This document shows, one piece after another, positions 42,856-51,588 of a stretch of DNA of 64,000 nt. Position 1 is the first letter of the stretch. Each line of letters begins with the position of its first letter. Source of the DNA: Candidatus Aenigmatarchaeota archaeon (GTDB taxonomy: Archaea > Aenigmatarchaeota > Aenigmatarchaeia > QMZP01 > QMZT01); contig JAFGDH010000015.1 in the NCBI GenBank assembly GCA_016932215.1, forward strand, positions 38,320 to 102,319, in the 5' to 3' direction. The translations under genes and the position numbers were made by a program. The notes below the pieces were generated by a model that was not told the DNA's origin, searched no databases, and was given only the letters and a program-made list of their open reading frames with translations.

Positions 42856-43455
42856 GTGGCGAAATCGATGATCAAAGCCTTGATTTTCGACTGGTACGGG
42901 GTATTCACGGACAAGCTTCTGGACGTGTGCTATAACGAGATAAAATCGAAGATTGACAGGGAATCCTTAAGGAAGGTGTGGCTCAGCTATCTTGACCGGT
43001 GCGTAAAGAATGATTTTTCTTATGAGGAATTCCTGAAGATGGTGTTCAGGGAAATCGGTATCGGTTTCGATGGTTATGAGTATCTCATCCGAAAGCACGG
43101 TGAAATCGATCAGAAGATGCTCGACATCGTTCTGAGGCTGAGGAAGAACCACAAGATTGCCCTTCTTTCGGACAATTCCGACGTCATGATACCGATAATC
43201 GAGGAAAGAATCGGCGGTTTCAGGAAATATTTCGACGTTGTCGTGCTTTCGAACGTGGAGAGGATGGTTAAGATAAACGGGAGAATGTTCGGGATTACGC
43301 TGGAAAAGCTCGGAATGAAGCCGGAAGAGTGCTTATTTGTTGACGACAGGCAGAGAAACACAGAGGTTGCCGAAAAACTGGGAATAAGATCGATCCTTTT
43401 CGAGAGCCCGGGGCAGCTGAAGAGGGAACTGGAAGGTTTCGGGGTTCAGATTTAA
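42856..43455 (+). CDS. HAD-superfamily hydrolase
   Basis: LIFDWYGVFT (motif I-like), LLSDNSD, CLFVDDRQRN. A probable ATG start lies at 42868. Confidence 0.75.
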   Translation: MAKSMIKALIFDWYGVFTDKLLDVCYNEIKSKIDRESLRKVWLSYLDRCVKNDFSYEEFLKMVFREIGIGFDGYEYLIRKHGEIDQKMLDIVLRLRKNHKIALLSDNSDVMIPIIEERIGGFRKYFDVVVLSNVERMVKINGRMFGITLEKLGMKPEECLFVDDRQRNTEVAEKLGIRSILFESPGQLKRELEGFGVQI

Positions 43456-43497
43456 AAGAATTCGTTCCCATTCTAAACTACTGATAATCTTGGGGTT

Positions 43498-45003
43498 TTG
43501 ATCATGGAATTCTCTGAAGACGACCGAAGGATATTGGAAAGGCACGTGACCAACGTGGACGGCGACATATACGCATTGTATAACCTCCCGCCTGAGGTGG
43601 TGGCCGTCCTCTTTGCCTACGTATCCCGCTCACCCGCCAGCTTCAGGGAGAATCTCCTGAAACTGATCAAGAGCAAGGATCTGGATATGGGGGAACTGAT
43701 CACCACATTCAAGGATAAGGGAATCGAGTTCGAAGAGGCCAGGCGAAAGGCCAAGGAATTCCACGAGAAATGGGTCGTCGGATACGGCCATTCGAGTGTC
43801 TCTGAACACGCCTTCGCGAGCATAGCCATCGAGAACGTTTCCATCCTTGCCACGAAGGTGATCGAGGATAATCGTTTGGCGTCATATACAGAGAAGTCCA
43901 CGAGATACCAGGTGTTCGACCGGAACCGCTATTACAAGCCCCCCAGGCTGATGGAATCTGACCATGGGAAGAAGTACGAGGATTTCGTCAACTCCCTCTT
44001 CGATTTCTACACGGAAAACATGCCTAAAATGATGGAATTCGTTAGAAAAAAGCATCCGATGCCGGAGGGGATGAACGAACGACTTTACGAGTCCATATCC
44101 AAGGCACGCGCCTGCGATGTGATGAGATACGCCCTCCCTGCGGCAACCCTTACGAATCTGGGAATGACAATAAATGCGAGAGCGCTGGAGCACGCGATCC
44201 GCAAGCTTTTGTCCCATCCTCTGGAAGAGATGAACGGCATAGGAAAGCGGATGAAGGAGGAGGTCACGAAGATCATCCCCACACTTGTCAAATACGCCGA
44301 CAGGAACGATTACATCGCGGAGACCAACCGTTCAATGGAATCCCTGGAAAGCGATGGCCATTCATCTGATGAGAAACCGGTCTCCCTGGTCGAATATGAC
44401 CATGAGGCTGAAAACAAGCTGATATCGGCCATACTTTATCGTTATTCTGAAAAATCATACTCCAAAATAAGGAAGGAAGTTGAATCAATGAACAGCGATG
44501 AGAAAGCGAAGGTAATGGATGGATTCCTCGGCAAAATGGGAAAACACGACATCCCTCTTAGGGAGCTGGAGCACGTCTACTACACCTTCGACATTCTCGT
44601 GGATTACGGCGCATTCCGCGACATACAGCGCCACAGGATGTGTACGCAGACCAACCAGGATCTCACGACGAGGCTGGGCTATTCTATACCTAAAGAAATC
44701 GAAGAAACCGGCCTCAAGGATCAATACGTTAAACTCATGGAGAAGGCCAAGGAAACGTTCGAGGATATATCCAGGGAATTCCCGAAAGAAGCGCAATATA
44801 TGGTCCCGCTCGCCTTCAAGAAGCGAACCCTGATCACATGGAACCTGAGGGAGCTGTTCTGGTTCATCCGCCTGAGGTCCGGAAAGGAAGGCCACGAGTC
44901 CTACAGAAGAATCGCATGTCAGATATATGACGAGCTCGAGCGAGTGCACCCTATCCTGGCTAAATATATAACAGTCGAGAGAATGGAAGGGCCGGCGAGG
45001 TAG
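43498..45003 (+). CDS. thyX: FAD-dependent thymidylate synthase ThyX, long two-domain (fused pseudo-dimer) form
   Basis: 501 aa. The N-half has GYGHSSVSEH...YTEKSTRYQ but no RHR. The C-half has FRDIQRHRMCTQT and NLRELFWFIRLRS. Confidence 0.8.
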   Translation: MIMEFSEDDRRILERHVTNVDGDIYALYNLPPEVVAVLFAYVSRSPASFRENLLKLIKSKDLDMGELITTFKDKGIEFEEARRKAKEFHEKWVVGYGHSSVSEHAFASIAIENVSILATKVIEDNRLASYTEKSTRYQVFDRNRYYKPPRLMESDHGKKYEDFVNSLFDFYTENMPKMMEFVRKKHPMPEGMNERLYESISKARACDVMRYALPAATLTNLGMTINARALEHAIRKLLSHPLEEMNGIGKRMKEEVTKIIPTLVKYADRNDYIAETNRSMESLESDGHSSDEKPVSLVEYDHEAENKLISAILYRYSEKSYSKIRKEVESMNSDEKAKVMDGFLGKMGKHDIPLRELEHVYYTFDILVDYGAFRDIQRHRMCTQTNQDLTTRLGYSIPKEIEETGLKDQYVKLMEKAKETFEDISREFPKEAQYMVPLAFKKRTLITWNLRELFWFIRLRSGKEGHESYRRIACQIYDELERVHPILAKYITVERMEGPAR

Positions 45004-45669
45004 CTATTTCTCTATTATATCAATAATCTCTTCCGGACTGTCCGCGAAATGGATGAGTCCCATGTCCTTGTCGTCGTTTATCAGGAAATCCTCTTTCAGC
45101 GGGTTGTTCTTCAGCCACTCAAACAAACCGTTCCAGTAATTCCTGTTCACGCATATTATCGGGACAGTGTCCACGATACCAGTCTGCATGAGGACGAGGT
45201 ATTCGAACAGCTCGTTCAGCGCCCCGAAGCCGCCCGGATAGAATATAAGAGCCTCGCTTTTTATCGACATTATGAATCTCCTCACGAACATGAAATGGAA
45301 GGACATCTCCTCCGTGAAAATCGGGTCGTTGATTTTTTCGCCTTTCAGCAGTTCCGCCCTTAGACCGATCGATGGCGCGCCGGCTTCTTTAGCCCCGGAA
45401 TTGGCTGCGTGCATTATCCCCGGACCTCCGCCGCTCATTATAGCATATCCCCTCTTTCCCAATTCGAAAGCGGTCTTTTTGCAGTGATCATAATACTTGT
45501 TGTCCGGTTTTACCCTGTGGGAACCGAACACTGTGATTATTTTCCTGTCTATCCTGTTGAGAAGCGAGAGGCCGTCGTTTATCTCCTCCCTGACCTTGCT
45601 GACCGTCCATTCGGTGTTGGAGTAATATTCCGCGTTCTTGTGCATCCGGGTCATGCTACCACTTCTCAA
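45004..45669 (-). CDS. LOG-family (TIGR00730-type) Rossmann-fold nucleotide-binding protein
   Basis: IMSGGGPGIMHAANSGAKEAG and IFYPGGFGALNELFE motifs. Confidence 0.85.
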   Translation of the reverse strand: MRSGSMTRMHKNAEYYSNTEWTVSKVREEINDGLSLLNRIDRKIITVFGSHRVKPDNKYYDHCKKTAFELGKRGYAIMSGGGPGIMHAANSGAKEAGAPSIGLRAELLKGEKINDPIFTEEMSFHFMFVRRFIMSIKSEALIFYPGGFGALNELFEYLVLMQTGIVDTVPIICVNRNYWNGLFEWLKNNPLKEDFLINDDKDMGLIHFADSPEEIIDIIEK

Positions 45670-45937
45670 ACCTCTTCTTTATCCTGTCCTCCGGGCGAGA
45701 AACGAGGATCGATCCGTCTATTATGACCCTTTTCCTGTCCGGGAGGGTGAAAACGAACTTGCATTCGCTTTTCGTGAGGGTGATCTCCTTCTTATCACGC
45801 TTTTCGATAATGAAGGTGTTCCTGGTCTCGTCGATCACCTCCCCCCGGATACCGACGGATTTGGGGTTGGATGATTCCTTCACTTCCAGAAGAAGCCCTA
45901 TCAGTTCATGACGGACTATGTTTTCGGGTGTGATCAT
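45656..45937 (-). CDS. rnp1: RNase P protein component 1 (Rpp29/Pop4)
   Basis: 93 aa with HELIGLLLEVKESSNPKSVGIRGEVIDETRNTFIIE. In the usual position beside L29/S17. Confidence 0.85.
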   Translation of the reverse strand: MITPENIVRHELIGLLLEVKESSNPKSVGIRGEVIDETRNTFIIEKRDKKEITLTKSECKFVFTLPDRKRVIIDGSILVSRPEDRIKKRFEKW

Positions 45938-45994
45938 ATAGAAATATCTTGATGGCTGTATTAAAAACTCTTCCTTTCGTGATGCGGTTCTGAC

Positions 45995-46300
45995 TCAGAT
46001 CACTTCGATGTTCTCTTCCGGGAAGCCGAGCCTGACAAGTATCTCCTTGATCCTTCTCCTGTGATCGCCCTGCAGCTCTATGACATTGTCCTTGATCGTC
46101 CCTCCGCATGCCATTTTCGTCTTCAGCTGCTTCAGGATATCCTTTATGTCTATGTCCTTGCTGATCCCAGAAATAAGGGTTATGTGCTTTCCGTATCTCT
46201 TTTTGTCGTGGCTCACGCGTATCTTTTCTTCTTCCTTGGCGACTATGTCGCACACGCATATGCTCTTGTCAAGACCGCATTTTTTACAGATCTCACTCAT
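45995..46300 (-). CDS. translation initiation factor SUI1 (aIF1)
   Basis: 101 aa with ...KKRYGKHITLISGI......LKQLKTKMACGGTIKDNVIELQGDHRRRIKEILVRLGF. Confidence 0.88.
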   Translation of the reverse strand: MSEICKKCGLDKSICVCDIVAKEEEKIRVSHDKKRYGKHITLISGISKDIDIKDILKQLKTKMACGGTIKDNVIELQGDHRRRIKEILVRLGFPEENIEVI

Positions 46301-46361
46301 CCTTTGAACTCACCCTCCATATTAAAAAAAGAATTTCTCCTTAGTAAAAGAATGGAATGGA

Positions 46362-46568
46362 TCATTTTAACTTCTTTTCCCCTTTCATCGTGAGTATTCG
46401 CGCTATGGTCCTCCGGATCTCCTTTATCCTTCCCGGAGAAGTTACCGAAGCTCCTATGTGGATGTTGGCCTTCTCCTTGCTCAGCTCCAGCCTCAGCTCC
46501 TTCAGCTGCTTGCCAGTTTCCTTTTCGTCCATCTTTCTGATCTCTTTCATCCGGAGTATGGCCATCAT
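46362..46568 (-). CDS. rpl29: 50S ribosomal protein L29
   Basis: MAILRMKEIRKMDEKETGKQLKELRLEL... Confidence 0.88.
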   Translation of the reverse strand: MMAILRMKEIRKMDEKETGKQLKELRLELSKEKANIHIGASVTSPGRIKEIRRTIARILTMKGEKKLK

Positions 46569-47230
46569 TTATCACTCTTTTCTGTTTTATCTTTCGCTTC
46601 CTTCTTTTTAACCGTTTTCTTGTCCTTGTCTTCCTTCTGCGGGACGTCCTCCGAGATTATCGGCATCCTCATCATTATCTTCACCTTGATCCCGATCTTT
46701 CCCGGCCTCGTGTTAGCTTCCTTGAACCCGTAATCCACGAGCTCCTTCGCGGGCTGTCCGCAGTGCTTAAGGTAACCATCATTGAATTTTCCCATCCTAC
46801 CCTTGGACCCGCCGAGCTTCCCGGACATGACGATTTCGCACCCTATCGCGCCGGCGTTCATTATCCTCTTCAGCATGACGTTCCCGATTTTCTTGTAATT
46901 GTATCCGCTTTCCAGCGCCGTGGCGATCTTTTTCGCGACTATGCTGGAGTCCAGGTCGGCGGATCTTATGCTCTTCACGTCGATCTGCGGGTTCTCGAGC
47001 TTGAACTCGTTTTTCAGGACCTCTGTCATGTCGTTTATCTTTCTCCCGCCCGCGCCTATTATCCTTCCCGGCCTGTCCGTGTAAATCACGATCTTCACAC
47101 CGAGCGGGGTCCTTTCAAGCTCTATGTTGGAATAATTCTCGTTCGGGAAATTCTTCCTTATGAAATTCTCTATCTGCATTTTTCTCGTGCTGTAGTTGAC
47201 GAAGAATTTTTTCATTAACATAATGATCAT
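46565..47230 (-). CDS. rps3: 30S ribosomal protein S3
   Basis: KH domain PGRIIGAGGRKINDMTEVLK. The C-terminal domain contains ...GAIGCEIVMSGKLGG. Confidence 0.92.
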   Translation of the reverse strand: MIIMLMKKFFVNYSTRKMQIENFIRKNFPNENYSNIELERTPLGVKIVIYTDRPGRIIGAGGRKINDMTEVLKNEFKLENPQIDVKSIRSADLDSSIVAKKIATALESGYNYKKIGNVMLKRIMNAGAIGCEIVMSGKLGGSKGRMGKFNDGYLKHCGQPAKELVDYGFKEANTRPGKIGIKVKIMMRMPIISEDVPQKEDKDKKTVKKKEAKDKTEKSDK

Positions 47231-47610
47231 TTCTGAAGGAGAACGACCTGTATGTTGGTCATCTTCCTTCTCATCCCCCTTAATTTCAGCCTTCTCGGCC
47301 TCATGAAACCGAAGCCCTTGTGGGCCGATGCGTAGATAATCATCCTGCCCGTGTCCAGACCCTTGAACTCCGCGTTCGCCTCCGCCGAGTTTAACAGCGA
47401 AAGGATCTCTTTCGTGACATTATCATAATACTTGCCGTTGATGCTCCTCTTCTTCGTCATCACGTCCTGGAGGAGATTCTTCCCCTTCTGCAGGTTCTTC
47501 CTGCTGATGGCCTTGCATACTGTTACCGAGCTTTTCGTGGATATCCTGAGGGCTCTTCCGTATACCTTTGCCGACTTCTTCGGGTTCAGCTTTAATGCGT
47601 ACTGATCCAT
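47227..47610 (-). CDS. rpl22: 50S ribosomal protein L22
   Basis: 127 aa with ...KVYGRALRISTKSSVTVCKAI..KNL.KGKNLLQDV... Lies between S19 and S3. Confidence 0.88.
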   Translation of the reverse strand: MDQYALKLNPKKSAKVYGRALRISTKSSVTVCKAISRKNLQKGKNLLQDVMTKKRSINGKYYDNVTKEILSLLNSAEANAEFKGLDTGRMIIYASAHKGFGFMRPRRLKLRGMRRKMTNIQVVLLQK

Positions 47611-47619
47611 TTAAACACC

Positions 47620-48006
47620 TTACTTCAGGGGCACGAACTTGCTTGACCTCGTTGCGCCGAAACCGGGTGCCGAATGCTGGACTCTCTTCCTGGTCGTGGC
47701 GAACTCGCCGAGCCTGTGGCCGAGCATCTCCGGGACTATGTCGATCGAAACGTATTCCTTGCCGTTGTGCACGCCTATCTTCGTTCCGAGCATCTCCGGG
47801 AGTATTATCATTTCCCTGCAGGTGGTCTTGTGGAACTTCCCGGGCTTCTCCTTTATCTTGCTGAGGAGCTTTTTCTGGTTTTCCGTCAGTCCCCTTGTGA
47901 GGGACCTTCTCATCCTTGAAGGAAGCATCCTGGAGAATTCCTCGACGCTCATCCCCTTTACCTCTTCAATGTCCTTGTTTTTGTAATTGAATTTTGCCAT
48001 AATCAT
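47620..48006 (-). CDS. rps19: 30S ribosomal protein S19
   Basis: ...KTTCREMIILPEMLGTKIGVHNGKEYVSIDIVPEMLGHRLGEFATTRK... Confidence 0.92.
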   Translation of the reverse strand: MIMAKFNYKNKDIEEVKGMSVEEFSRMLPSRMRRSLTRGLTENQKKLLSKIKEKPGKFHKTTCREMIILPEMLGTKIGVHNGKEYVSIDIVPEMLGHRLGEFATTRKRVQHSAPGFGATRSSKFVPLK

Positions 48007-48680
48007 CAGTCCTTTTTACCCTTCCTGTATCCCGTTCTCCTGGCTCCCCATGATCCCACCTTCGCTCCCGGGGGAGCGTTCCTGCTCACTGTGGTCGGTT
48101 TGCCCGGCTTCGTCGGACCGCCGAAGGGATGGTCGACTGCGTTCATAGCCACGCCAGACGTCCTCGGGTACAGCTTGCCCCTCCTGTGCATGGCTATCCA
48201 CCTCTTTCCAGCCTTAAGGAACGGCTTTTCGTGATGCCCGCCGCCTGCGGGAATCCCCACGCTCGCCCTGCACTCTGAATGGAGGATTTTCTTCTTCTTC
48301 GATGGCATCTGCAATACGCATTTCTTGCCGGTCTTTGAAACCAGCGTTGCGAATGATCCTGATGTTCTGCAAAGTTTGGGTCCGGAATTGGGCGAAGCTT
48401 CGATCGAGAACACCGAAGCACCTACCGGAGTCTTTCCAAGGGTTGACACGAATGACGCGTCTTCGCCCGTCTTTATTCCAAGAGGAGCAAGAACGTACGA
48501 GTTGGTCCCGTCCGAGTATAGTATTTTCGCTACCGGCGTGTTCCTGCCGGGATCGTTTATTATGTCGACTACCCTTCCGTGCAGGTTTTTGTAGAGCAGA
48601 TTTATGTTTAACCTTTTCTTCGGTGCCCTGTAGGTTGGGGTTCCTCTCCCCCTCCTCTGCGATATGAGTCGTCTTCCCAT
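48006..48680 (-). CDS. rpl2: 50S ribosomal protein L2
   Basis: ...MNAVDHPFGGPTKPGKPTTVSRNAPPGAKVG... Confidence 0.93.
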   Translation of the reverse strand: MGRRLISQRRGRGTPTYRAPKKRLNINLLYKNLHGRVVDIINDPGRNTPVAKILYSDGTNSYVLAPLGIKTGEDASFVSTLGKTPVGASVFSIEASPNSGPKLCRTSGSFATLVSKTGKKCVLQMPSKKKKILHSECRASVGIPAGGGHHEKPFLKAGKRWIAMHRRGKLYPRTSGVAMNAVDHPFGGPTKPGKPTTVSRNAPPGAKVGSWGARRTGYRKGKKD

Positions 48681-48693
48681 AATATTACCTATA

Positions 48694-49020
48694 TTATATC
48701 ATGCCGAGCTTCGATGCCACATCGGCCGCCGAAAACTCTGGATTTATTTTAACATAAGCTTTTTTATAACCTTTCCGGCTGATCTCGGTTTTGACCCAGT
48801 CAACCCTGACCTCGAACTCCTTTTCAACCGCTTCCTTTATCATGGCCTTGTTGGCCTTCCTGTTGACTATGAATACCAGCTTGTTCTCCATCTCCACCAT
48901 GTTCATGGATTTTTCCGTAAGGTGGGGATAAACGATAACGCTCCACGGATCCAGTTCCCTCTTCGGGGATTCCTTCTTCCTGGCTTCGGCCTTTGGTTCA
49001 CTTCTTTTCTTTTCCGGCAT
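48694..49020 (-). CDS. rpl23: 50S ribosomal protein L23 (short basic N-terminal extension)
   Basis: ...VIVYPHLTEKSMNMVEMENKLVFIVNRKANKAMIKEAVEKEFEVRV..V.T. Confidence 0.9.
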   Translation of the reverse strand: MPEKKRSEPKAEARKKESPKRELDPWSVIVYPHLTEKSMNMVEMENKLVFIVNRKANKAMIKEAVEKEFEVRVDWVKTEISRKGYKKAYVKINPEFSAADVASKLGMI

Positions 49021-49813
49021 TATCTTCCCTCTTTTTTCCGAATTCCGCTATCGCGGTCTTTGACCATATGGTCATCCTTCCCGGCTGTGTTCCGGGTGCG
49101 AGGAGCTCCGTCGTCAGTTCACTCGCTTTCGTCACGTCGATTCCCGGGATTCCCTTTGCAGCCTTTTCTATCCCTTTGTCATCATTGATTATTATCAGGG
49201 GACCCTTCCTTTTCTTGTACTTCCTTCCCCTCGTCTTGCCCCTGCCAGACCTTATCTTCTTTTCCGAGCACCTGTCCAGTTCGTCCTTTAGTCCGATGCT
49301 CAGGAGCAGGGATACGACCTCTTTCGTTTTCTTGATGTCCTGGAACGCATCCTCGAAGACTATCGGAACGGCAATGTCCCTTGACCTGTGCCTTTTCGAA
49401 ACAAGGTCCTTGTCAGCGGAAGCGGCAACGGCCGAGTTGAGGGCCTTTTTCCACTCCTTCCTGTTGATCTTGAGGTCCCATACCTTTTCGGCTTTCGGCG
49501 GGTGGGCCCTTCGCCCCTTCGTCGCGTAGGGTTCGATCCTCGCTGTAAGATTGAGGAAACCCGAGTTGTGTATCCTTCTCATCCTCGACATTTCCCTGTT
49601 CATCATGCTGTATCTGGTCTGCCTTCTCCCGTGGTAATGGGCAGAGCTTCTCTGTCCTGCCAGAGGATCGGAACCATAGGATTGCCTGTTCCAGCTCTGC
49701 TCAGCCAGAACGGCCCTCTTGATCAGGTCTGCCCTGACCTTCTCACCGAAGGCCTTCGGAAGGCTGACCTTGCCCCTTTCCTTCCCGTTAAGATCGTATA
49801 CGCTTACCTGCAT
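48998..49813 (-). CDS. rpl4: 50S ribosomal protein L4
   Basis: 271 aa starting MQVSVYDLNGKERGKVSLPKAFG, with ...SAHYHGRRQ and ...GRGKTRGRKYKKRKGPLII. Confidence 0.92.
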   Translation of the reverse strand: MQVSVYDLNGKERGKVSLPKAFGEKVRADLIKRAVLAEQSWNRQSYGSDPLAGQRSSAHYHGRRQTRYSMMNREMSRMRRIHNSGFLNLTARIEPYATKGRRAHPPKAEKVWDLKINRKEWKKALNSAVAASADKDLVSKRHRSRDIAVPIVFEDAFQDIKKTKEVVSLLLSIGLKDELDRCSEKKIRSGRGKTRGRKYKKRKGPLIIINDDKGIEKAAKGIPGIDVTKASELTTELLAPGTQPGRMTIWSKTAIAEFGKKREDNAGKEKK

Positions 49814-49826
49814 TCTGATCGTCCTA

Positions 49827-49870
49827 TATAGTTAAACGAATTATACTATTAAACTTATTAATATTTAAGC
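49827..49870 (-). promoter_or_regulatory. promoter/leader module upstream of the L4 transcription unit; near-duplicate of 42792-42840
   Basis: See the alignment in the 42792 feature. Lies 13 nt upstream of the L4 ATG. Confidence 0.55.
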
Positions 49871-49930
49871 GTTTTTATAAATCCCAGGCCCTTCGTAATC
49901 GTTTATTAATCAACTTTACCAAATCTAAAC

Positions 49931-50170
49931 ATGACACTTAAATCGGATGAGGAATCCCATAAAACCAAGCAGCCGTGGAAGGTGAAGGCTATGGTTCTGG
50001 CCGGCTTCGCCATAATGTTCATCCTTCTGATTTACTCGATTTCCTATCTCTTCCAGACAGGGGAAAATCCCCTGCTGCTCATAGTTCTGATATTAGTGAC
50101 CCTCGTGATGATACCGGTCGCGATATTCTCGGTGGACACCGCATTCTACCATTACGCCTGGAGCGGGTGA
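49931..50170 (+). CDS. hypothetical small membrane protein (2 TM), tandem paralog 1
   Basis: 79 aa with two hydrophobic helices. Same architecture as the next ORF. Confidence 0.5.
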   Translation: MTLKSDEESHKTKQPWKVKAMVLAGFAIMFILLIYSISYLFQTGENPLLLIVLILVTLVMIPVAIFSVDTAFYHYAWSG

Positions 50171-50174
50171 TAAA

Positions 50175-50396
50175 ATGGAAACCAACATATGGCCCATGGG
50201 AAGAAGATTTGGATGGAGAACCAGGATGGCAGTCACATTCTCCATTCTTGTCATATTCATCCTTCTCATGGCTATACTTTTCCTTGTTACCCAGGAGGAG
50301 ATCGGGATCCTGCTGGTAGGACTGGTGGTCCTGCTGATAATAGTTCTCGTCCCTCTGGCGGCCTTCTCGATGGATGCCGTTTACCAGCCGAGATAG
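50175..50396 (+). CDS. hypothetical small membrane protein (2 TM), tandem paralog 2
   Basis: 73 aa. Basic N-terminus, TM, a short acidic turn (QEE), then TM ending ...AAFSMDAVY (cf. ...AIFSVDTAFY in paralog 1). Confidence 0.5.
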   Translation: METNIWPMGRRFGWRTRMAVTFSILVIFILLMAILFLVTQEEIGILLVGLVVLLIIVLVPLAAFSMDAVYQPR

Positions 50397-50439
50397 ATTG
50401 ATTTATAAAATTTTCATTACAGTGTAAAGCAAGATTATC

Positions 50440-50823
50440 ATGACACTAATTATTGCGGAAACCGGCGTTAAGGGTCCGAAAAGAATCAATGACAAATACC
50501 TTGAAGAAAATTTTACCCCGGTTGGGTTCAACGGCTGCCATCTCACCAGTACAACACCCGTCGATGCTCAGGAGTGGTCATACAAATGCAAGCCGAACAA
50601 CGAGGGAAGGAAACAGACTATCCGGCTGCAACACGATCAGATAATAATGTCCGACGGCACTCTCAACCTGGGGCATTACTGCCCAAGTTCGCAGGGCATA
50701 GGCAACGGAAGCTGCGGTTACATGGGATGCATGTTCAACAGCAGTAATGGCGTTTTCTACCTGGAGAATAAAAAGGGAGACCAATCCAGGTTTAAGATTA
50801 GTAGAATAGCAGCAATGTTTTAG
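50440..50823 (+). CDS. hypothetical Cys-containing protein
   Basis: 127-aa ORF with 6 Cys. No recognisable family. Confidence 0.4.
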   Translation: MTLIIAETGVKGPKRINDKYLEENFTPVGFNGCHLTSTTPVDAQEWSYKCKPNNEGRKQTIRLQHDQIIMSDGTLNLGHYCPSSQGIGNGSCGYMGCMFNSSNGVFYLENKKGDQSRFKISRIAAMF

Positions 50824-51534
50824 TTACAATTTCTCAAGGAATTCCTCTTCTGAAAAATGAAGGTCTCCCGGTATTATTATCACCGCCGGCGGGGGAAGGT
50901 CCGTAGCCTTCCCGTATACTATTATCTCTTTGTCCGAACCCAGTTTCGAGCATATGATCATCTTCCTGCCCTTCAGGATGCCCTTCTTCTCTTTGTCAAT
51001 TCCCTTTAAGATTTCGAGGGCTTTCTTCGTCCCCAGTTCTATGTCAAGAAGAAGCAGGGAATGAAGTCCCATTTTCATGTTCTTTGCGATAGCTTCATAG
51101 AATGAATCAGGACTGTAGTTCTCTTCCGGCGACGGTATGGTTACGACCCTGCCGAACTTGTAGAGATGGAGCCCGGTCCTCCCCACCACTGTCAGGATGG
51201 ATGACGAATGGACCACTTCGAACGGTACGCCTTTTTCTTTCGCCTCCGCCAGCAGGTGCAGATGGGTAGTCGCCACCAGCGGGTCGCCCGGAACCAGGAG
51301 GACGATTTCCTTCTTTCTCGCTTTCTCGACGAATGTTTCCGAATCGTTCTCCACGTCCTTCCTCTCCAGCATTCCGATCTCCTTCCCGATCATCTTACCC
51401 AGCCTTTTGAGTGATCCTCCCCAGGCCGCCGTGTAGAGCTCGCAGTAAACGTCATCCGCCTTCCTGCATATCTCCAGACCCTTGACTGAGATATCCCTCT
51501 CGTCCCATATGCCCAGACCGATCAGATACAGCAT
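50824..51534 (-). CDS. dph5: diphthine synthase (Dph5/DphB)
   Basis: MLYLIGLGIWDERDISVKGLEICRKADDVYCELYT... tetrapyrrole-methylase fold signature. Confidence 0.9.
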   Translation of the reverse strand: MLYLIGLGIWDERDISVKGLEICRKADDVYCELYTAAWGGSLKRLGKMIGKEIGMLERKDVENDSETFVEKARKKEIVLLVPGDPLVATTHLHLLAEAKEKGVPFEVVHSSSILTVVGRTGLHLYKFGRVVTIPSPEENYSPDSFYEAIAKNMKMGLHSLLLLDIELGTKKALEILKGIDKEKKGILKGRKMIICSKLGSDKEIIVYGKATDLPPPAVIIIPGDLHFSEEEFLEKL

Positions 51535-51588
51535 AGTTTAAATTGTTCCGCTTGTTTTAAATTTAAATTTTCTCTCCATTCCTTTGAT

